DNA from: Dictyostelium discoideum
Taxonomy: Eukaryota
NCBI GenBank assembly: GCA_000004695.1
Contig: CM000154.2
Span: forward strand, 3,488,001 to 3,552,000
Length of the DNA: 64,000 bases
Direction: 5' to 3'
Both the position numbers and the translations under genes were made by a program. This document shows positions 53,672 to 64,000 of this stretch, piece by piece. The notes beneath the pieces are model-generated. The model ran no database searches. It saw nothing but the letters and a program-made list of their open reading frames with translations, and was not told the DNA's origin. Every line of letters starts with the position of its first letter. Within the stretch, counting starts at the first letter, position 1.

Positions 53672-54246
53672 TTATAGAATCATTAATTTCAAAATCATTA
53701 TTATTTAATAGTAATAATAATAATAATACAATTAATGAAAGTAGTATTATTATAGTTCAAACTCAATTAAATACAATTACTAATAAGAGTACAACTTCAA
53801 CTTTTTATTACACAAGACCACAATGGGGACTTTAAGAATTTTATTTTTTTTTTTTTTTTTTTTTTTTATAAACAAAAAAAAAATAATAAAAGAAAAGAAA
53901 AACAAATTATCATTACTATTACATTTAAACTACCAAAAAATAATTATTTATTACATCTACACCCCTCCCTCTTCCTCCTCTTCCTCTCTTCAACCGATAA
54001 AATATATACAAATAATATTAAAAATATTTGTAATATTTAATTAATAATTTTATTTTTATCTTTTCCAAATTGTAAATAAAAAAAATAAAGATAAACATAA
54101 TAAATAAAAACAAAATAAATAACACACATCTTTCCTTTTTTATTTTTTTTATTTTGATAATCTATTTACAAATGAATCCCAATTGTTTTTAAGTTTTTAA
54201 TTTATTTATTTATTATTATTATTATTTTTTTTTTTTTTTAATATAT

Positions 54247-54676
54247 TTATAAAAAACCTGCTTCTTGGAGTAATGGAATTAATTTACCTTGAGAATGTAA
54301 TTTAGTGGTAGCTATTATTTATATATTTAAGAAAAAAAAAAAAAAAAAAAAAAAAAAAGAAAAAAGGAATTATGTTAGGAAGGTGAAAAAAAAAAAAAAA
54401 AAAAAAATATTTTATTAAGTAATTATTAAATAATTTACCATCACAACCACCAATAAACTTTTCATTAATAAAAACTTGTGGTACAGTTCTAACACCAGAG
54501 ATTTGACCAGCTGCTGATTGTAATTCAGAACCATCAGATTCTAAATCTAATTCAACAACAAATGGTACAACCTTTAATTTTTTGAATAAATCTTTAACTG
54601 AAATGCAGTATGGACATGTAGTTTTTGAGAAAATAATTAATTTATGAGCTTTGATTAATGCTTTAACTTTATCCAT
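54247..54676 (-). CDS. glutaredoxin (dithiol CPYC type), 100 aa, 2 exons (54676..54439, 54311..54247)
   Basis: [31 protein letters not shown]...[15 protein letters not shown]. Exon 1 ends in phase 1 at a GTAAAT donor (54438). The acceptor is ..aatag at 54312. Terminal exon adds (A)[20 protein letters not shown] then a stop, which matches the canonical Grx C-terminus. The track ORF read through into poly-F. Confidence 0.75.
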
Positions 54677-54947
54677 TTTATATGTATTGTGTTTTTATAT
54701 GAATGTATGAATGTTTTTATTTTTAAAAATGTTTTTTTTTTTTTTTTTTTTTTTTTTATTTTTGGAAAGACATGCAAATTTATAAAAAAAAAAAAATAAA
54801 AAATAAAAAAAAAAATGAAATTTAAAAATAAAAGTAAAAAATAAAAAAAAAATAAAAAAAAAAATAAAAAGAATCAAATAGAACAGATCAAAATTTCATA
54901 CATTTTCGACAAATAAATACACATTATAAGAATTATCGTATTATTCT

Positions 54948-54996
<49 letters not shown>

Positions 54997-55272
54997 TTAT
55001 TTTATTTATTATTTTATTACAATAAAATATAATTTGGAAATAAATTTTTAAAATAACCCTCTTCAAAAAATTATTAAATAATAAAATAATAAGCCACTAT
55101 TATCATTTTATTAATAATTAATACACCTATTTAATAATTCATTTAAAAAAAAAAAAAAAAAAAAAAAAAGTAAAACAAAAAAAAAAAAAAAAAATAATAA
55201 TGGTTACCATTATTACTATATTTGTGTTTTATGTACAATTATTATATTATTATTATTATTATCACTATAATT

Positions 55273-55306
<34 letters not shown>

Positions 55307-55311
<5 letters not shown>

Positions 55312-55955
55312 AAGTGAATGAAAAACCCATTTCATTTATAAAATCAGCAGCTTCAGAACGATGAGATTCGGGTATTTGTTTAACGATATCTTTTATAGCA
55401 TAATGTAAACCAATTGAACCACCTTCGATAATACCATTAAAGAAACCTTTACCAATAACTAAATAATAGAATCCATAGAATATTGATAATAGTATGGTTA
55501 ATGCTATATATCGTTTCTTTTTCTTCCATTCTGATACAGCTTTTAATAATTCCTCTATGATTTTATTTTGTTGTTCAGAGAATTCATTTCTATCATTTTC
55601 ATTAACACTAAATCCACCACCTAAATCATATTTTCTTTTCTTTTCTGGATCTGATAAAACTTGATATGCTAATGATATATTATGAAATTTTTGTACTGCT
55701 GATTCATCTGGATTCTTATCTGGATGATATTTTAATGCTAATTTTCTATATGCTTTTTAATAATATATATTTGAAAAAAAAAAAAAAAAAAAAAAAATAA
55801 AAAAAAAAAAAATTAATATTTTCAAACATTATTATTATTAAAAAATCAATATATTATATATGTTACAAACCTTTTTTAATTTCTTCAATTGAACTATCCT
55901 TATTTACACCAAGTATTGAATATAAATCCAAGTCTTTCTCTGATTGCCTTTTCAT
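55307..55955 (-). CDS. DnaJ (J-domain, HPD-containing) protein with single TM segment, ~176 aa, 2 exons (55955..55871, 55752..55307)
   Basis: Exon 1 is [28 protein letters not shown], phase 1, with a GTTTGT donor. The acceptor is ..aaaaag at 55753. Exon 2 begins (A)[42 protein letters not shown], which is a complete J domain. A hydrophobic segment [20 protein letters not shown] follows, and the protein ends ..MGFSFTS then a stop. This gene is not in the ORF track because exon 2 has no start codon. Confidence 0.65.
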
Positions 55956-56025
55956 TTATTAATTATTTTATGTGAATTTAAAAAAATAAAAAATAAAATT
56001 AAAAAATAAATTAAATATTTTTTTT

Positions 56026-56057
<32 letters not shown>

Positions 56058-56390
56058 CTGAAAAAAAAAAAAAAAATTCATTTCGCTCTCTTTTTTTTAA
56101 AAAAACTATTACTTTTTTTGATATTCCTAAATTTTTTATTTTATTTTAATTTTTTTTAATATTTTTCTTTTTAATAATGTAAAATAAATTATTATTTTTA
56201 ATTTTTTTTTTTTTTTTTTTTATTTACACAAAAAAAAAAAAAAAAATTTATTAAAGTTTATTTGTCATAACTTTATCAATGGAAAATAGAAGAGTTCGTA
56301 TCTTTTATTTTATAAAAAATAATAATAATAAAATAATAAATATTTATATTTTTTAAATTATTATTAATAATAATAATAATAATAAAAAAG

Positions 56391-56786
56391 GATATAAGAA
56401 AATTTCAAAGACGTAATGGAGATACTTTAGGATCACCTTTAAATAATAATAATATTAATAATAATAATAATAAACGATTCTATGAAAGAGATGAATTGGG
56501 TGATATTAAGTTATCTTGTTTTTGGGATAACTTTTTAAATCAAAGTGGACAACAAAGTGATAAAAATACCACTGATACTACAAATATAACCAATTATTGT
56601 GTCAATATCAGTAACATTAATACCACTAATACCATTACCCAAACGACTAGTATTTATTCTGATGATAGTTTATTTAATTTCCCTGAAACGCCACAATCAA
56701 AATTAATAACACCATCAATAACAACATTACCACAATTACCATCTTCACCCCAATCTTCATTATTACTTCAATCAACCATTGACCCA

Positions 56787-56825
<39 letters not shown>

Positions 56826-57531
56826 TATAGTACACCTGAAAAAAAACCAAATAGTTGTAACAATTCAATTGGTTCTTCTACTACAACTATAACTCCAAGA
56901 ACAATTAAAAAAAAATTATCATCACCATGTACATGTTCAAAAGGTCATCCAATTTTTAAAAACTCACCATATGTTAATAAATTAAAAAATAGTAGAATTA
57001 GTTTACCTCCACCTCCACCATCAACAACAACAACTACAACAATAAAAACTGAGCCAATCTCACCAATCTCTTCAACAACAACAAATTCAACAATATCACC
57101 AAAAATTAAAACAATAACAAAATCTTCATTATTTATTGAAAGAAAATTTCAAAAATGGTTACCAAAATCATCATTGATATTAACAAAACAACAAATAATG
57201 TTAAAACAAAAAGAGAATGAATTAGAGATTGAAAAACAAAAATTAATATTAGATCAAAGAAAAAAACAATTTTTAAATGATTTAAAGTTAACAACCAGTC
57301 AACAATTATTATCAATCACTGAAAATGTTGAAAAAAACAAAAATCAATTATTATTAAATCAACAAAAAAGAAAGAAAAAGAAACTTGAAATTTCAACTCA
57401 AAGACATCATTTTCATCAACAATTATTATTAAATAAACAAATTGAAAATAATAAAAGATATTTAAAAATTAAACAATTAAATGAAAAATTAATACAAAAG
57501 CATATTCAAAATGATAAAAAAAGAAATATCG

Positions 57532-57582
<51 letters not shown>

Positions 57583-58569
57583 TTTTAAAAATATTAAATC
57601 AATTTAAATTATCAATAGAAAAAGAAAAAGAAAAAGAAAAGATAAATAATGATAATGATAATGATGTTTACCAAAATCAATTACCAATGAATCCAATTAA
57701 AAAAATTGATAATTTAAAATTCTCTCAACTTTGTCCAAATTCATTTTCACCCTTAACAAAACAAATACCATATCTTGAACAAGCTATTTTAAAAAGAAAA
57801 TTAAAAAGAGAAGAACTTGAAATAAAAAGAAAAAAAGAATTTGAATTTGAAAAAGAAAGAGAAAAACAAAGAGAAATTGAAAAACAAAAGAGGATAGAAA
57901 TAGAAAATCAAAGAATAATAGAAACTGAAAATCAAACAAAAAGAGAAAAAGAAAAAGAAAAAGAAAGAGAAAGTCAAAAACAAAATGAAATAAAAAGAAA
58001 AAGAGAATGGGAAGCAGTAAAAGAAACAGTAATTTTAAAAAATGAAATAAAAAGAAAAAGAGAATGGGAAGCAGTAAAAGAAAGAAGAATTTTAAAAGAA
58101 AATGAAACTTTATTTCCAGAATCATTTATTGATGATCATAATGGTTTTGAAAGGAATTTAAATAATTTTCAAACAAATGCACAAGTTAAGATCTCATTAT
58201 TAAGGTTTAAAAATAACAATTATAAAATGTTCAATCAATCAAATAACAAAACCTTTAATACAATCGGATTTGATACTGATTGTGAATCAACAATTAATAA
58301 TAACAATAATCATAATCATAATCATAATCATAATCATAATCATAATCATAACAATGATAATAACAGTGAACATGAAACTTCCAAATCGCTCTCATCTCCT
58401 ATCATAAGAAAAAGATTGCCAAGAACTAATAAAAGAAAAATAATCAATTCAAAGAATGGGGATGGAAAACAATTTAGAAATATAAATTACAAATCTAAAA
58501 ATGTAAACAACACTATTCCAAATCCAATTACTTTCACCAATAATAGTAATAATAATAATAATAATAATG

Positions 58570-58631
<62 letters not shown>

Positions 58632-58895
58632 AATATTGATGATAACGATAATAATGATGATAAAGCTGACCATAATACTACTATACCTGATCACGATGAT
58701 GCCTCAAACAAATTGTTTGGACTATTTAAAAGCAACAAACCAATCAGCAAGTGTATAAAATCACCCAAACTCTCTCCAAATAGAAAGAAAATCTTCAATT
58801 CATTCATTGATGATAACAATGATAGCGTTATTTGTAACCAAAATAATTCTTTAATCATATCTCCTTTAAGAAAGAGTTTTTTTAGAAATAAAATA

Positions 58896-58952
<57 letters not shown>

Positions 58953-60236
58953 TTTATTAATAGTAGTTTTAATAATTACAACAAAGAAAATGATAAAAGC
59001 AATTCAAATAGAGATGGTGGAAGTAGTATGGATGATGGAATAAGTAGATCATTAATCAATGAAAATACAAGTTCAATAGATGATATTAGCAGAGATAGTA
59101 ATAATGAATCATTGGGCATTGGTAATACTTTATTATGCAATTTAAATTCTCAACAACAACAACCTCAACAAGAACAACAAGAAGAAGAACAACAGCAAGA
59201 AGAACAACAATCAAATGAATATAGAAAGAAATCATTTTGTGAAAGACTTAAAAAACTTAATCAAAAAGAGAAGAATAAATTAAATTCACTTGAACAAAAT
59301 ATTAATAACTTTGTAAGTGATCTATTAAAAAGAACAAATGAAAGACATCAAATATTTCAATCACAATTACAAGAACAATATAAATCGAGATTAATTTCAA
59401 TTGAAAAAGAAAAAAAAAGATTAAAAGGAAGGGAAAGATTAGAAAATGAAAAAAAAATGTTAAAGAGAGTTGAAAAAGAAATGGAGAAAGTAAAACAAAT
59501 TGAAAAAGAAAAAGAAAAAGAAAAAGTTGAAAGTTTAAATATACCATCAAGACAATTTAAAAATATATTTGGGTATAGTGAAGATGAATATGGTTGTGGT
59601 GCAATGACTGGTGGTGGTGGTGGTGGTGATGATGATGAAGAAGGAGAGTATACTAATGATGGCAGTTATGATTATAATGATACTTATGGTGAAGATGAAT
59701 CCAATACTAATTGTAATTATGGTGATAGTAGTAATAGTAATAATAATTATGATTTCAATGATAACAAATATTATAAAAATAAAAAAGATCATAAAGATGT
59801 AGGTAACTTTGATAATAATAATAATAATAATAATAATAGTGACAAAAAATACATTAGCAACCAATCTTCCAAAAATGCTACACAGAATCAAAATAACAAA
59901 AAAAAACTCAACAAATCATCAGTAAGAAAGCGATTGTATACTCTCACCAAACGTGACTTTTATATTAGCTCTCCATATTTTCCTGAATTTCAAGTTATTC
60001 GTGGTAAGTTTTAACATTATTTTTGTATTTTTTTTTTTTTTATAAATATCTTCAAGTAATCTATTTATTAACAAAAAAAAAAAAAAAAAAAAATCAATCA
60101 AAAAATAATAAGCACCAAATAAAAGAACTAAAATCCCAACAATACCATTTTGGAAAAGTGAATACCCAGTTTATACCATAGAGAATGGTCTTTCAACTTT
60201 TTGTAGAATTGAAACAGTGTCAACAAAAAAAAAATG

Positions 60237-60237
<1 letters not shown>
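56391..60237 (+). CDS. K/E/N-rich coiled-coil low-complexity protein, at least 1200 aa. The 5' end is unresolved, with a possible micro-exon 56279..56293. Main exon is 56391..60003 and terminal exon 60113..60237
   Basis: The frame of track ORF 56496..60014 is open upstream to a stop at 56334..56336. The track 'M' at 56496 is TTG. The only AG in 56337..56390 is at 56389..56390, so the exon most likely starts at 56391. The ORF's last codons (GKF then stop) overlap a GTAAGT donor at 60004, in phase 1. An acceptor ..aataag at 60112 opens the exon (A)PNKRTKIPTIPFWKSEYPVYTIENGLSTFCRIETVSTKKK then a stop. Confidence 0.5.
57984..58097 (+). repeat. 57-nt tandem duplication (2 copies) inside the coiled-coil gene
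   Basis: aatgaaataaaaagaaaaagagaatgggaagcagtaaaagaaaNaNtaattttaaaa occurs twice with 2 substitutions, giving NEIKRKREWEAVKETVILK then NEIKRKREWEAVKERRILK. Confidence 0.85.
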
Positions 60238-60267
<30 letters not shown>

Positions 60268-60340
60268 GATGTAGTGACTCCTCGTGTGTAAAAAAAAAAA
60301 AAACTGATCATCGAGTTTGGGAGGTGTCAAAAAAAAATAA

Positions 60341-60373
<33 letters not shown>

Positions 60374-60943
60374 GAAAAAGATTTTTTTTTTTTTCTTATT
60401 ATTATAACAAAAATATTAAATAAAAAAAAAAACACTATCTCGCAATGATGCCACTTTTTTAAAAAAAAAAAAAAATAAAAAAAATAAGTTGAAATGTCAT
60501 TGGTGGATTTATGCGAATGGATGAGTGGAAAAAAAATAAAAAATGAAGAAAATATCGATGATCAGAAAAAAAAAAAAAAAAAAATTGAAATTAAATAAAA
60601 TTAAAATTAAAATTAAAATATTATTTTAAAAAGAACATCACCATAAATTACACACTCTTTATTATAAACAATTTTTTAAAAAATTTTCAAAAAAAAAAAA
60701 CCGATTTCATTTCGCTATCGAAAAAGGAATGTTTTTGATTAAGATTTTTTTTAACCACCTCTAAAAATAGTCTTTTATGAATAAAAAAATCAAAAAAAAA
60801 AAAAAATCAAAAAAAAAAATAAAATAAAAAATAAATTAAAAAAAAAACCTTTTTTTATTATTTTTTTTGATTTCAACGGTGTTTAATTTTTTTTTTTTAT
60901 TTTATTTATTTTTTTAATCAACCCAAATTATATAAAAAATAAA

Positions 60944-60979
<36 letters not shown>

Positions 60980-61058
60980 ATTTTTACACATGTGTACCAT
61001 ATATAGATTCACATGTGTATAAATTATTTTTAGAATAAAAAAAAAAAAAAAAAAAAAA

Positions 61059-61930
61059 ATGATTAATAATAATATTAATAATAATATTAATAATAATCAA
61101 AGTGAAAATAATAAAAATAAAATTTTTAAAAATATTGAAAATTCATTTTGGTCAATAGTTAAAAATAAAATTTTGTTTAGAAAAATATTATCATATATTG
61201 ATAATAGTAGTTTACCAGGAAATAAATTAAATACATTTAAATATGAAGAAATAGTATCAGTAGAATGGTTATTAAAAAATTCAATGATTTCATTATTAAT
61301 TGATAAAGTAAAAACCAATCAACCATTATCATTTTATCAACATGGTAATAAATTTGAAAAACAATTTTCAATATTTTTTAGATTTAAAGAAAATAATCTA
61401 ATTAATAGAGAATTTTTTAAGAATTTTTTTAAAAATTATTATACTTTTAAAATTTTAAAAATTAAAAATAAACAAAAAAAAGAAGAAAAAGAAGAAAAAG
61501 AAGAAAAAGAAAAAGAAGAAGAAGAAATTGAAATTAATAATATTTTAGAAAATGAAATTATTATAAATGATTTAATTAATCAATTAATTTTAAATGATTG
61601 TTTGGCAGGATTTATAATATTAATAGAATTTGAATATATTAATAAATCAAAAATTGATTCAAAATTATTATTAAAAGCATTAAATGGTAATGCAATTTCA
61701 ATTTGTCATTATATTAAATCAAGTTATCCAAATATTGAATTTGATTCAAATATAATTTGGAATCCAAATTCATTAATAAATTCAAATGTTAATCAATTTA
61801 ATAAAAAAATTAATTTTTTAATTAATACAATGTTAATGAAATCACCATCATTACCACCATCACCAATAGTACAACCATCATCACCATCACCATCACCATC
61901 ACCACCACCACAATCAACAATAACAACAAT

Positions 61931-61972
<42 letters not shown>

Positions 61973-64000
61973 ATTTAATAATAGTTTTACAACAATTATA
62001 AATAATAATAATAATTTTAAATATTATCAACATATTTTTAATTTATGTATATTTGAAGAAAAATTAAATATATTAATTGAAACATGTTATACAATATTAT
62101 TATTAAAAGATGGTATTTTAAAAAGATTTATAGAATTATTAAATGAAAAACAATGTAATTATTGTTCAAATGGTAATAGTAATGGATTATCATTATATCA
62201 TCAAGAATTAATGGAAAAATTTGTAAAACAAGATACTTTAAAAATTGATAATTTAAGTATTGAAGAATTGGATGAAATTTCCAAAGAATTTACAGAAAAT
62301 GAAAAGATGGAAATTGTTGATAATTTAAAAATATTAAATATTAAAAATAGTAAACAAAGAAATAATGTAAAGAAATTATTTAAAATGGTATTACCATTCA
62401 CAAGTACAATTAATGATATTTTCTTTCAAAATTATTTTTACTATCAATATAAATTTGATGATCAACCATTACTTGAAAGATTTTATGAAATTTTTAAAGA
62501 CTATTTAGAATTTTATGATGTGGTCCAAAAAACATTGGAACCATTTTACCAATCATTTATAAAGAATAGTTTTGAGAACCAAATGGTATTAATTGAGGCT
62601 ATTACTCATCACCTTTTCCAAAGTAAATTAAATGGTACTATAAAAATACGTGGTGCATTAACTAATAATAATATAAACACAAATAATAGTGTGGGAGTTG
62701 ATTTATTAAGATTAGTAATAAGATGTGATAATATTGATTTGGTATCAACTGTTTATTTAAAACTTTGTAAAATTTCATTAGATCCATTCAAAAGTGAATT
62801 TTTTCAATTAATTAAATCAAATGAAATTTTCGATTATCTCTATTCTCATAGTTATCCAAAATCACAATTTAAACTTTACTTTTTATTTAATAATTTACAA
62901 TTATTAAAACATTTCATTTCAAATTATCAAAATGATTTCAATCAAAAATTAATTCAAGATTTAAATGAAATTATTAAAGAATCAAATTTAATTAAATATT
63001 ATTCATTTGAATTATTTAAATATTTCTTTGAAAATCCATCATTATTTAAATTAATTACTAATAATATTCAAAATATTTGGTCAATTATTAAACAATCAAA
63101 TAATTTAAAAAATAGATTTTTAAAAATATCAGAAAATAATAATAATAATAATAATTTTGAAAATGATTATAATTTTAATTTTATTAATATTAATAATAAT
63201 AATAATAATAATAATGAAATTTATTTTAATAATAAATTTCAAATTTCAATTAAAGAATTTCAATTTTTTATTGAATATTCATCAGATGAATTACAATATT
63301 ATTGTTTTGAAATTTTTGAAGATTGTAATGATTCAATGAAATTGAAAGCAATTGATTGGGTATTTAATAATAAAATTGAAGAGATTGGTTTATTACGTTG
63401 TAAAGTTACAGAAAGGGAATTATTTTTTTATAATTATTATTTTAATAGGGATGCATTTAAACAAATTTTAAATGATAATTCAAAGAGTCAATCTAGGGGT
63501 AACCAAGGTACATGTTGTAGACCATTTGATGAATTGGAATTAGTATTCACTGAAATCGGTAAAAAAGGTGATATAGAAATTTTAAAATTATTATTAGATA
63601 ATTATTATTTAAATGAAAATTTAACATTATTACGTGAAAAACATTTAATTTATCTTTTCATTTTAGGTGGTGCCGCTTTAAATGGTCAATTATCAATTTT
63701 TAAATTTATTTATGAAAATTATTCATTTCTTTTTAAATTATCAGATCATTTTGATGGTTCAATAATTGATAATGATTTCAATCATAATCCTTTAAATCCA
63801 AATAATTTAATGACAATTAAATTCATTGCTAGACTTTATAATATTATCATTGAAAGAGGTCATATTAATCTTTATTTTTATTTTGATAATATTATAAAAT
63901 TAAATTCAAAATCATTTTCAATTAATTTTAATTTAAATTTAAATTCTTTAATTAAAAAAATTTTAAATTTTAATAATTTAAATTTAATAACAATTTTAGA
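61059..64000 (+). CDS. large hypothetical protein, 5' portion (at least 980 codons), open to the end of the window
   Basis: ATG 61059 follows a poly-A leader. It is the first in-frame ATG after a TAA at 61020. By hand translation the reading frame stays open for ~2.9 kb to the window edge, with frame checks at 61149 (tgg) and 63492 (tct agg ggt). It begins MINNNINNNINNNQSENNKNKIFKNIENSFWSIVKNKILFRKILSYIDNSSLPGNK... It is absent from the ORF track, presumably because no stop lies inside the window. No domain recognised. Confidence 0.55.

Noticed and set aside
57133-59891. Minus-strand and alternative-frame ORFs inside the coiled-coil gene (56674.., 57133.., 57784.., 57801.., 58449.., 58567.., 59302.., 59547.., 59611..)
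   Set aside because: Low-complexity antisense products (poly-F/L/I) of K/E/N-rich coding repeats.
60004-60014. Stop codon of track ORF 56496..60014 as the true gene end
   Set aside because: The last three codons overlap a GTAAGT donor that leads in phase to a clean 41-codon exon. The spliced end is more plausible, though it is unverified.

Overview
This 64-kb window is AT-rich (roughly 75-80% A+T) eukaryotic nuclear DNA with the hallmarks of Dictyostelium discoideum or a close dictyostelid. Those hallmarks are long homopolymer A/T tracts, coding (CAA)n poly-Q and (AAT)n poly-N microsatellites, short AT-rich GT..AG introns with GTAAGT/GTATGT/GTAAAT donors, an A-rich context before ATG, and an FNIP-repeat gene. 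It is not prokaryotic, and I recognised no CRISPR array, operon, rRNA or tRNA. By splicing the ORF-track fragments by hand I reconstruct about 24 protein-coding genes, most of them multi-exon. They include a tandem pair of very large type-I surface glycoprotein paralogs that share a ~750-bp near-identical block, and three tandem Tmt1-like methyltransferase copies, one of which is a truncated pseudogene. The other recognisable products are a family-5 glycoside hydrolase, a PRCC homolog, a Pumilio/PUF protein with a CCCH zinc finger, an acyl-CoA oxidase ending in the peroxisomal signal SKL, an FNIP-repeat protein, a myotubularin-related phosphatase, a DUF971 protein, a glutaredoxin and a membrane DnaJ. 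There are two 100-N assembly gaps, 25848..25947 and 51675..51774. The first is flanked by degenerate, probably low-quality sequence. Many track ORFs, especially those antisense to coding repeats or lying inside simple repeats, are spurious. Several track 'M' starts are actually TTG codons inside exons. No single exciting novel system stands out. The most interesting loci are the paralogous surface-protein pair with its gene-conversion signature, the methyltransferase triplet, and two unusual domain architectures (PUF plus CCCH, and a J-like domain plus a carrier-like domain). All coordinates and splice sites were derived by eye from the sequence and should be confirmed computationally.
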